The notes beneath the pieces were generated by a model. It was given only the letters and a program-made list of their open reading frames with translations. It made no database searches and had not been told where the DNA came from. This document shows, piece by piece, positions 45,980-53,692 of a stretch of DNA of 64,000 bases. Each line of letters starts with the position of its first letter. Positions within the stretch are counted from its first letter, which is position 1. The stretch spans positions 4,211 to 68,210 of the forward strand of contig JACJZH010000010.1 in NCBI GenBank assembly GCA_020635695.1, read 5' to 3'. This stretch comes from Flavobacteriales bacterium (GTDB lineage: Bacteria > Bacteroidota > Bacteroidia > Flavobacteriales_F > PHOS-HE28). The position numbers were made by a program, and so were the translations under genes.

Positions 45980-48900
45980 ATGTCCCCGATCCGATCCGCA
46001 GGCCGGTGCCTGGTACTCACGATCGCCTTCCTGGCCGCAGCCCCAGTGAGCGCCCAGCGCTACTTCTTCGAGCAGGTGGGCGTGGACAGGGGGCTTCCGG
46101 CGAGCAAGGTCTACGCGGTGCTCCAGGACGGCTATGGCACCGTCTGGATCGGCACCGAGGCCGGGCTGGCCGCCTATGACGGCCGCCAGGTACGCAGCAT
46201 AGGCACCCAGGACGGCGCCGCACCCGGGGGTGCCCGAAGCCTGCTGCTGGACCGCCAGGGCCGTCTTTGGGTGGGACACCTGGACGGCGGCATCACCGTG
46301 CATGACGGGGACCGGTTCCAGGCATACACCGTGGGGGAGGGCATGCCCAGCGCGGTGACCGGTCTGGCCGAGGACGTGAACGGGACCATCTGGCTGGCCA
46401 CGGCCGGCTCGGGTGCCTGGCGCATTCCACCCATGGAGGACCTACCGACCACTCTTGCCGCAACGCGTGTGGGCGCCAGTGACCTTCGCGATAAACTACT
46501 GGGAGCGTGCGCGTTGAAGGATGGCCGTTCATGCTTCGTGGAGGACGGTGGAACGATCCTGGTCACCCGGGACGGAACCGGGTTCGAGCCCTTGGACATG
46601 CCCGGCATACCACAGGTATTCCGCTTCACGGCGCTCTTTCAGCACAGCTCGGGAGACCTGTGGGTGGGCACCATCGGGGGTGGCGCTTTCCGGCTGCCGG
46701 CCAATGGCGCGCCCACGGTACGCTATGACATCCCCGCCGGGCTGGGCAGTGAGACCGTGTTCTGCTTCGGTGAGGATGCCCGGCAACGGACCTGGGTGGG
46801 CACGCTGGACGGAGGGTTGTCCTGCATCGACGGGGATGAAGTGCGCACGTTCGACCCGCGCAATGGCCTGCACACCAGTTTCGTGCGCTGCATCGGCCGC
46901 GACCGGGAGGGGAACCTGCTGATCGGCACCAACGACAACGGGCTGGACATCTTCAAGGGGGAGCGCTTCGTGAGCTTCGGTGAACCCGATGGACTGGCCG
47001 ACCCGCGCGTGTGGGCCGTGCTGGAGGACCGCCAGGGAAGCACCTGGTTCGGAACGGACAACGGGATCGTGGTCCTGGGTCGCAAGGGCTCGGTGGATCG
47101 CACCATCACCGTGCAGGACGGGCAGCTCACCAGCAACTTCATCCGGAGCCTGAAGGAGGACCAGAACGGCAGGATCTGGATCGGCACCGACAATGGCGGG
47201 CTGCTCCAGTATGACCCGCGCAGCGGAAGGGCCGTGCCACAGACCGAGCTCAGCTTCACCCTGGCCGAGCAAAAGGTCACGGCACTGGAGCTGGGGCAGC
47301 CCGGCGAGCTCTGGGTGGGCGGACTGAACGGTGTCCGGCGCTACATCCCGGGGTCCGGCACCGTGCCCACGATCTACACGGTGAACGAGGGGCTCGCTTC
47401 GGACCACGTGAAGGGGCTCTTCCGCGACCGCGACGGCGCCATCTGGGTCGGCAGCACCGTGGGGGGCATATCGGTGATCGACAACGGCGTGGTGCACGCG
47501 CTCGACCTGGGCAGGGCCTTCACGGCCACCTGCTTCACCCAGGACGAAGCAGGGCGGATCTGGGTGGGGACCGAAGGCCAGGGCATCCTCGTCCTCGAAG
47601 GACGCAAGGAGGTCCAGCGCTTCACCGATCAGGAAGGTCTGCTGAGCAACACCATCAAGGCCCTGGCCACCGACGCCCAGGGCCATGTCTGGATCGGTAC
47701 GAACAAGGGCCTGAACAAGTGGCGTCCGAAGAAGGGCGGGTTCATCGCCTTCACCGAACGGGCCGGCTTCACCGGCATCGAGGTGCTGCCCAACGCGGTG
47801 GCCGCCACCGGCAGGGGCGAGGTCTGGTTCGGCACGGTGAACGGGGCCACCCGGGTGGGTAGCGAGGCCGGCAGCGACGAACAGATCGCGCCGTTGGTCG
47901 CCATTCGGGGCTGGAAGGTGAACCTGGAGGATCACCCGGTGAAGGAGCGCAACAAGCTGGACCACACCGAACGCAACGTGCGCATCGCCTACGGCAGCGT
48001 ATCGCTGAGCGACCCGGACGCCGTGCGCTACGCCTACATGCTGGAGGGACTGGACACCGACTGGCAGCCCATCACCACCACCACCGACGCCTATTACCCG
48101 GCACTTCCGCCGAACGAGTACGAGTTCAAGGTGAAGGCCATGGACCGCACCGGCGACTGGAGCGAACCGGCCGCCTTGCGTTTCACCGTGCTGCCGCCCT
48201 GGTGGCAGAGCTGGTGGTTCTACACCGCCAGTGCGGTCTTCATCGGCATCGTGTTCTTCAGCTACGTGAAGGTGCGTGAACGCCAATTGAGGATGCGCAA
48301 CATGGTGCTGGAGAGGAAGGTGGAGGAACGCACTGCGGAAGTGGTGGCCCAGAGCCGTGAGATCGAACAGCAGAAAGGTCAGATCGAGGGACTGCTCCTG
48401 AACATCCTTCCGAAGCCCATCAGCGATGAGCTGCAGGAGAAGGGAAGCGCCACGGCCCGGCGGCACGACCATGTCTCCGTGATGTTCACCGACTTCAAGG
48501 GCTTCACCCAGGTGGCCGAGCGCATGACCCCGGAGGAACTGGTCCATGAGCTGGACGAGTGCTTCATCCGGTTCGACGACATCGTGGGCCGCTATGGTCT
48601 GGAGAAGATCAAGACCATCGGCGACAGCTACATGTGCGCGGCCGGCGTGCCTGCCAGCGACCCGCAGCACGCTGTCAAGACCGTGCTGGTGGCCTTCGAG
48701 GTGCGCGAGCTCATGGATGACTGGAAACGCCAACGGGAGGCCCAGGGGAAGATGCCTTGGAGCCTGCGGATCGGCGTGCATTCAGGCCCGGTGGTCGCAG
48801 GCGTGGTGGGCAAGCGGAAGTTCGCCTACGACATCTGGGGGGACACCGTGAACACGGCCAGCCGGATGGAAAGCAGCGGTGAGCCGGGCGAGGTGAACAT

Positions 48901-49105
48901 CAGCGGCGACACCTACGCCATCATCAAGGACCATTTCGACTGCCAATACCGCGGCAAGGTGCAGGCCAAGAACAAGGGCGAGATCGACATGTACTTCGTG
49001 AAGCGCATCAAGCCCGGCTTCAGTACGGATGCCGAGGGCGTTCACCCCAACGAGCGCTTCCTTCGGGAACTGGGCGTGTCAGCTGACGCCGAGCAGCTGG
49101 CGTAG
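45980..49105 (+). CDS. sensor adenylate cyclase: periplasmic two-component-regulator beta-propeller/Y_Y_Y-type domain, one TM helix, class III cyclase domain
   Basis: Start reset to ATG 45980 (signal MSPIRSAGRCLVLTIAFLAAAPVSAQ). Many W(I/V)GT..GL propeller repeats are followed by the TM helix WWFYTASAVFIGIVFFSYV. Cyclase motifs are VMFTDFKGFT, IKTIGDSYM (Lys) and YDIWGDTVNTASRMES (Asp), which indicate ATP specificity. Confidence 0.92.
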   Translation: MSPIRSAGRCLVLTIAFLAAAPVSAQRYFFEQVGVDRGLPASKVYAVLQDGYGTVWIGTEAGLAAYDGRQVRSIGTQDGAAPGGARSLLLDRQGRLWVGHLDGGITVHDGDRFQAYTVGEGMPSAVTGLAEDVNGTIWLATAGSGAWRIPPMEDLPTTLAATRVGASDLRDKLLGACALKDGRSCFVEDGGTILVTRDGTGFEPLDMPGIPQVFRFTALFQHSSGDLWVGTIGGGAFRLPANGAPTVRYDIPAGLGSETVFCFGEDARQRTWVGTLDGGLSCIDGDEVRTFDPRNGLHTSFVRCIGRDREGNLLIGTNDNGLDIFKGERFVSFGEPDGLADPRVWAVLEDRQGSTWFGTDNGIVVLGRKGSVDRTITVQDGQLTSNFIRSLKEDQNGRIWIGTDNGGLLQYDPRSGRAVPQTELSFTLAEQKVTALELGQPGELWVGGLNGVRRYIPGSGTVPTIYTVNEGLASDHVKGLFRDRDGAIWVGSTVGGISVIDNGVVHALDLGRAFTATCFTQDEAGRIWVGTEGQGILVLEGRKEVQRFTDQEGLLSNTIKALATDAQGHVWIGTNKGLNKWRPKKGGFIAFTERAGFTGIEVLPNAVAATGRGEVWFGTVNGATRVGSEAGSDEQIAPLVAIRGWKVNLEDHPVKERNKLDHTERNVRIAYGSVSLSDPDAVRYAYMLEGLDTDWQPITTTTDAYYPALPPNEYEFKVKAMDRTGDWSEPAALRFTVLPPWWQSWWFYTASAVFIGIVFFSYVKVRERQLRMRNMVLERKVEERTAEVVAQSREIEQQKGQIEGLLLNILPKPISDELQEKGSATARRHDHVSVMFTDFKGFTQVAERMTPEELVHELDECFIRFDDIVGRYGLEKIKTIGDSYMCAAGVPASDPQHAVKTVLVAFEVRELMDDWKRQREAQGKMPWSLRIGVHSGPVVAGVVGKRKFAYDIWGDTVNTASRMESSGEPGEVNISGDTYAIIKDHFDCQYRGKVQAKNKGEIDMYFVKRIKPGFSTDAEGVHPNERFLRELGVSADAEQLA

Positions 49106-49711
49106 TTCGGCCAGCATCATGGCCGTGGCGCCCCAGACCACCTGGCCCTGCACATCGAAGTAAGGCACGGTGGCACGCCGCCCCAGGACCTGTACGTATC
49201 GGTCGCCCTGCTTCAGGATGTCGTCCCGGAGCAGTTCACGCACGGGCGTTTCGATGAGCGCCGCCACTTCGCGTGGATCGGGGGCGAAGGGCCCGGGCTC
49301 CTCGGCCAGGGCCACATAGGGGGTCACCAGGGAGCGGCTGGGAGGGATGTACACCCGGCTCAGCGCGCCGAGCACGTCCAGCCCCCGGGGTACCACGCCC
49401 ACCTCCTCGGTGAACTCGCGCACGGCGGTCATCACCAGGTCGCGGTCCTGTTCCTCACGCCGTCCACCAGGGAAGCTCACCTGGTCGCCATGCACGCCAT
49501 CGTAGGGCGGCCGCCGCATCAGCAGGGTGTGCAGCTCGTCTCGGCGGGGATAGAACAACACAAGCACGGCGCTCTCCCGGGGAGCGGGCCGTTGCCGTAG
49601 CACCGCCTCGATGTCCGGCCGCTTGTAACCGCTCACTTCCAGGAAGGCATCGTGGCCGGGCAGCGGACCCGCAAGGGCCTCACGCAGGCGGACGATCCCC
49701 TCCGGCCTCAT
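49079..49711 (-). CDS. NUDIX hydrolase (CoA pyrophosphatase-like)
   Basis: Start reset to ATG 49711 (ATGA overlap with the upstream gene). The Nudix box is GGRREEQDRDLVMTAVREFTEEVGV. The 3' end overlaps the cyclase 3' end by 27 nt. Confidence 0.9.
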   Translation of the reverse strand: MRPEGIVRLREALAGPLPGHDAFLEVSGYKRPDIEAVLRQRPAPRESAVLVLFYPRRDELHTLLMRRPPYDGVHGDQVSFPGGRREEQDRDLVMTAVREFTEEVGVVPRGLDVLGALSRVYIPPSRSLVTPYVALAEEPGPFAPDPREVAALIETPVRELLRDDILKQGDRYVQVLGRRATVPYFDVQGQVVWGATAMMLAELRQLLGVS

Positions 49712-50187
49712 GCGCCCTCCAGGTCCTTCAGCAGGCGTGCGGCGGCCCCGGAGTAGCGGTGGTCCTTCCGACCGGCCAGCTCCTTCGCACCGGCCACGGC
49801 GCGATCCCGTTGCCCGCTGCACACCAGGCAGAGCAGGCTGTACCACTCGGTCTCGTCGCGGAACACCCGGCGCGGGTCCTGCTCCACGAAGTCCAGCTGC
49901 AGTTCGGCATCGTATGGCTGGCCGCTCCCCAGCAGGCTCACCGCCAGGTGGAAGCGGGCCTCCACCTCCCGGGGATGCCTGTCCACGTAAGGCTGCAGTG
50001 CTTTCGCCGCCTCGGCGAAGTCGCCTTCCGCGTAGGGCTCCATCGCGTCCAGCAGCTCCGCGTTCTGCTCCGTCCGCACGCGTTGGCCGATCAGGTCGGG
50101 GTAGGGTTCGAAATGCCGTTCGCACAGATCACCTTCCGGAGCACTCGTGCAAGCCCCCAGCAGCAGGATCATGGCCAGTTTCCGCAT
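49708..50187 (-). CDS. hypothetical lipoprotein (TPR-like helical)
   Basis: 159 aa. Lipoprotein signal MRKLAMILLLGAC, then a helical-repeat-like body. Confidence 0.75.
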   Translation of the reverse strand: MRKLAMILLLGACTSAPEGDLCERHFEPYPDLIGQRVRTEQNAELLDAMEPYAEGDFAEAAKALQPYVDRHPREVEARFHLAVSLLGSGQPYDAELQLDFVEQDPRRVFRDETEWYSLLCLVCSGQRDRAVAGAKELAGRKDHRYSGAAARLLKDLEGA

Positions 50188-50196
50188 GCCGCGAAA

Positions 50197-51153
50197 TTAG
50201 TCCCCCTGCCTGCCCAGCCCGACGAACCAGCGCCCGCTGCGCAGACCGCCTTCCTCGTTCTGGCCCAACAGCACGAAACCCGCCCGGCCCACCAGATGGT
50301 CCATGGGCACGAAGCCCCAGTACCGCGAATCGGCCGAATGGTCGCGGGCATCGCCCAGCACGAACACATAATCCCGCTCCACCACGTACTGCTCCAGCGG
50401 CACCCCATCCAGCACGATCCGCCGGCCATCGTGCGTGGGGCTGTGCCCTTCGTACCGGCTGATCAACCGGTCGTACAGCGGAAAGTTGGCGACATCGATC
50501 CGCAGGGTGTCGCCCTTCGCCGGTACGGTCAGCGGACCGAAACGGTCGTTGTTCCAGCGGAAGTTGGGGCTGTACGGGAAGATGTGTCCCGGTGCGCCGG
50601 TGCTGGGGCCCATGGGTTCCACGGAGACGATGTCCTTCCGTTCCCGCAGGCTGTCCGCCTGGACCTTGCTCAGCGGCAGTTCCAGCGTACTGCGACCGGG
50701 AGGGAAGAAGGCGAGCGGAAGTTGAAGCTGCTGCCGCAACGCCTCGGGATCCGCAGTACCACGCAGGCGCACGAGGTGCCGGTGGCTCTCGCCCTTGGCA
50801 GGTGCGATCTCCTCGCCGTTCACAAACAGCGCGCCCGCCTTCAACTGCACGGTATCACCGGGAAGACCCACCAGCCGCTTCACCAGCAATTGCCGGGAGC
50901 TGAGGGAACGGTCGTCCTGCACGGGATCGCGGAACACCACGATGTCACCCCGCTCGAAGCCCGTCCACACCCGCCAGCGCTCCACGCCCACCAGGTCTCC
51001 GGGCAGCAGGGTGGCGTACATGCTCGTGTGCCGCACGGTGACCCACCGCAGCACGAAGAGATGCAGCAACACCAGGATCCCCAGCGCCAGCCCGATGGCC
51101 TTCAGCCACTCGCGGAGATGCCCGCGTACCGATGGATGCCCATTGTCCGCCAT
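50197..51153 (-). CDS. lepB: signal peptidase I (short paralogue)
   Basis: 318 aa with one TM helix. The catalytic Ser context is RHTSMYATLLPGD and the Lys context is VKRLVGLPGD. The C-terminal box is GDARDHSADSRYWGFVP. Confidence 0.92.
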   Translation of the reverse strand: MADNGHPSVRGHLREWLKAIGLALGILVLLHLFVLRWVTVRHTSMYATLLPGDLVGVERWRVWTGFERGDIVVFRDPVQDDRSLSSRQLLVKRLVGLPGDTVQLKAGALFVNGEEIAPAKGESHRHLVRLRGTADPEALRQQLQLPLAFFPPGRSTLELPLSKVQADSLRERKDIVSVEPMGPSTGAPGHIFPYSPNFRWNNDRFGPLTVPAKGDTLRIDVANFPLYDRLISRYEGHSPTHDGRRIVLDGVPLEQYVVERDYVFVLGDARDHSADSRYWGFVPMDHLVGRAGFVLLGQNEEGGLRSGRWFVGLGRQGD

Positions 51154-51172
51154 GGCGTCCCGTGGAGATCGA

Positions 51173-51220
51173 GGTCAACCTCCAACCTCCAACATTCAAC
51201 GTTCAACACTCACCTCCAAC
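51173..51220 (-). repeat. about seven tandem heptads in the lepB-lepB spacer
   Basis: The plus strand reads GGTCAAC CTCCAAC CTCCAAC ATTCAAC GTTCAAC ACTCACC TCCAAC. In the gene direction this is GTTGGAG/GTTGAAY repeats containing three GGAGG. It ends 20 nt before ATG 51153. Confidence 0.75.
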
Positions 51221-51221
51221 C

Positions 51222-52793
51222 TTAATCCACCAACGTGAACAACCGCTTCCACCGGATGCCGGTGTAGGGGTCCTTGGTGAACCAGACGAGGACGGCCTTG
51301 CCCACCACGTGGTCGTGCGGCACGAAGCCCCAGTAGCGGCTGTCCTGCGAGCGGTGGCGGTTGTCGCCCATCATCCAGTAGTAGTCCTGCTGGAAGGTGT
51401 AGCTGGTGGCCGGGCTGCCATTGATCAGGATGGTGCCGTCCTTGACCTGCAGGTCGTTGTGTTCGTACAACTTGATGATCCGCTCATACAGCGGCAGGTT
51501 GGCCAGGGTCAGCTGCACGGTGGCGCCTTCCTTGGGGATCCAGATGGGACCGAAGTTGTCCACGCTCCAGTCCGTGTAGTCCGGGTGGTTGGGGAAGTAG
51601 GGCCACTTGTGGCCCGGCGGGGTGTATCCGCGCGGCTGGTCCTGGCGGGTGAGGCTGCCGAAGAAGGGGTTGCCCTTCTCCAACTCGGCCACCTGCTCCC
51701 CGGTCAGCGCCACGTTCACCGAACCGGCCTCTGGGCCTTGTCCATTGCCCAGGTCGCCCAGGGCCACGTCGTAGTTCTTCTTCAGCATGTCCAGCGCCCG
51801 CTCGTTGAGCGCGGTCTTCAGCACGGTCTCGTAGCCGAACTGCGCCTTTTCGGGCAGGTCCTCCTTCTTCCCGTTCACGTAAACGTAGCCGCTCCGTACC
51901 TCGAGCGTATCGCCGGCCGTGCCCACGCAGCGCTTGATGTAATGCTCGCGCTTGTCCAGCGGACGTACCAGGATGCCGCCGGTGGGCATCAGGCGCTGCT
52001 CGCCGTCCACCACGTTGGGCAGCATGGTGTTGGGGTCCTGGATCTTGGCCCGGCCGTGGTCGCGCACCAGCTGGTAGTAGCTCTGGTTCTGGAAGTTGGC
52101 CACCACGGTGTCGCCCTCCGGGAAATTGAACACCACGGCATCGCCCTTCTCCGGCCGGCCGAAGCCGGGCAGGCGGCGGTAGGGCTGGCTGAACCAGGTG
52201 ACGAAGCTGGGGGTGCTGGTGGTGAGCGGCAGGGTGTGGTGGGTGAGGGGGAAGGTGAGCGGGGTCATCGGCATGCGCGGCCCGTAGCTCAGCTTGCTCA
52301 CGAACAGGTAATCGCCCACCAGCAGGCTCTTCTCCATGGAGGGGGTGGGGATGGTGAAGGCCTCGAAGGTGAAGGTGCGGAACACCGTGGCCACGATCAC
52401 CGCGAACAGGATGGCATCGCCCCACTGGCCCAGCAGCCCGCGCTTGCGCTGCTCCTTGGGGATGGGCCCGACGTACTTGAACTCCTCCTTGAACGCCAGC
52501 TCCGGGACCTTCACCCAGGGCAGGAAGGTCATGAGCACGTGGTCCTTGAACTCCCGCTGGGCGTAGGCGATGCTCAGGTTCACGTTCATGATGATGAGCA
52601 TGAGCAGGTTCACCCCGGGCACCAGCAGCAGGATCAGCCACCACCAGGGCTTGCCGATCAGCTTGTTCCACACGTAGAGGTTGTAGCCCGGCACGAAGCC
52701 TTCCCAGGCCGGGCGCCCCGCCTTCACGAAGAGCTTCCACAGCGAGGCGTAGACCACCGCGAAGTAGGCGAAGAGAAGCAGGTAGGGGATCAT
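51222..52793 (-). CDS. lepB: signal peptidase I (long Bacteroidota form with N-terminal DUF5684-like membrane module)
   Basis: 523 aa. The N-terminus is FVKAGRPAWEGFVPGYNLYVWNKLIGKPWWW. The Ser context is IPTPSMEKSLLVGD and the Lys context is IKRCVGTAGD. The C-terminal box is GDNRHRSQDSRYWGFVP. Confidence 0.93.
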   Translation of the reverse strand: MIPYLLLFAYFAVVYASLWKLFVKAGRPAWEGFVPGYNLYVWNKLIGKPWWWLILLLVPGVNLLMLIIMNVNLSIAYAQREFKDHVLMTFLPWVKVPELAFKEEFKYVGPIPKEQRKRGLLGQWGDAILFAVIVATVFRTFTFEAFTIPTPSMEKSLLVGDYLFVSKLSYGPRMPMTPLTFPLTHHTLPLTTSTPSFVTWFSQPYRRLPGFGRPEKGDAVVFNFPEGDTVVANFQNQSYYQLVRDHGRAKIQDPNTMLPNVVDGEQRLMPTGGILVRPLDKREHYIKRCVGTAGDTLEVRSGYVYVNGKKEDLPEKAQFGYETVLKTALNERALDMLKKNYDVALGDLGNGQGPEAGSVNVALTGEQVAELEKGNPFFGSLTRQDQPRGYTPPGHKWPYFPNHPDYTDWSVDNFGPIWIPKEGATVQLTLANLPLYERIIKLYEHNDLQVKDGTILINGSPATSYTFQQDYYWMMGDNRHRSQDSRYWGFVPHDHVVGKAVLVWFTKDPYTGIRWKRLFTLVD

Positions 52794-52901
52794 GGTCTTA
52801 AATGTGGAAATTGCTGGGATGTGGAAATGTGAGGATGCGCTGGTCTGGGATCCGGTGTCGGCTGATCATTTTCACATCCGCACATCTTCACATTCACGCA
52901 T
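52794..52901 (-). repeat. AT-richer dapB-lepB spacer with an ATGTGGAAAT x2 / CACAT x3 dyad (candidate lepB leader or operator)
   Basis: ATGTGGAAAT lies at 52802-52811 and 52819-52828. ATGTG lies at 52827-52831. CACAT lies at 52873, 52881 and 52889. Arms 52825-52836 and 52886-52897 are about 10/12 complementary. In the gene direction it reads CATTTCCACAT-N6-ATTTCCACATTT and ends 8 nt before the ATG. Confidence 0.65.
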
Positions 52902-53615
52902 TCATCCTCCAAGAACGTCGTCCATCGTGTACAGCCCCGTGCGCCCGGCCAGCCATTCGGCGGCCACCACGGCGCCTGTGGCAAAGCCCTGCCGCCCGAA
53001 GGCCTCGTGGGTGATGATGAGCCGGTCCTCGTCGCTGGTCCAGCTCACGGAATGCTTGCCCGGCACCTCGCCGGTACGTTCGCTGGCGATGGGCACTGCG
53101 CCTTCGACGGCCTGTTCGCCGGCCTCCGCCTTCCGCCAGCCGGTGAAGCGCTTCGTGGCCAGGTCGATGTCCCGCGCCAGGGAAAGGGCCGTCCCGCTGG
53201 GGGCGTCCAGCTTGTGCACATGGTGCACCTCGTCCACATGCAGCCGGTAGGCCGGGTGCGGGTCCATGAGCGCGGCCAGCTGCCGGTTCAGGCGGAAGAA
53301 GAGGTTGACGCCGATGCTGAAGTTGCTGGCCCAGAGCAGTCCGCCGCGGTGCTCGCCCACAAGGGACTTCACCTCGGGCAGGTGGTCGTACCAGCCGGTG
53401 GTGCCCACCACCACGGGCACACCGTGCTCCAGGCACAGGCGCATGTTGGCCACCGCCGTGGCTGGCTCGCTGAACTCGATGGCCACATCGGCGCCGGTGG
53501 GCGGGGTGCCGGCATTGGAACGGTCCACGGTGAGCACCACCTCGTGCCCGCGCGCTGCGCAGACCTCCGCGATGGCGCGTCCCATTTTCCCGAAGCCGTA
53601 CAGGGCCACCTTCAT
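52902..53615 (-). CDS. dapB: 4-hydroxy-tetrahydrodipicolinate reductase
   Basis: Start reset to ATG 53615 (MKVALYGFGKMGRAI). VVVGTTGW, the active site EVHHVHKLDAPSGTA, and HEAFGRQGFATGAV are present. Confidence 0.95.
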   Translation of the reverse strand: MKVALYGFGKMGRAIAEVCAARGHEVVLTVDRSNAGTPPTGADVAIEFSEPATAVANMRLCLEHGVPVVVGTTGWYDHLPEVKSLVGEHRGGLLWASNFSIGVNLFFRLNRQLAALMDPHPAYRLHVDEVHHVHKLDAPSGTALSLARDIDLATKRFTGWRKAEAGEQAVEGAVPIASERTGEVPGKHSVSWTSDEDRLIITHEAFGRQGFATGAVVAAEWLAGRTGLYTMDDVLGG

Positions 53616-53692
53616 GCGGGGCCGAAGATACCGGATGGGGTGGGGTGGGGGAAGCGGGCCTGGGAGGAGCGGTCGAAGGGGCTGACGAGCGC

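Noticed and set aside
45980-49105. The cyclase as a Pycsar/CBASS-like defence nucleotide cyclase.
   Set aside because: The substrate-specifying Lys/Asp pair indicates an ordinary adenylate cyclase. It is fused to a huge periplasmic sensor, and no cNMP-activated effector gene is nearby.
52872-52901. A 9-codon mini-ORF (MRECEDVRM) starting immediately after the dapB stop (TGAATG), as a possible leader peptide for lepB.
   Set aside because: It is too short to evaluate and carries no regulatory-codon signature. It lies inside the repeat dyad, which explains the sequence better.
53637-53658. The G-quadruplex motif GGGGTGGGGTGGGGGAAGCGGG between the DUF5683 gene and dapB.
   Set aside because: Four G-runs are expected by chance in DNA this GC-rich. 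I have no supporting context or conservation evidence.
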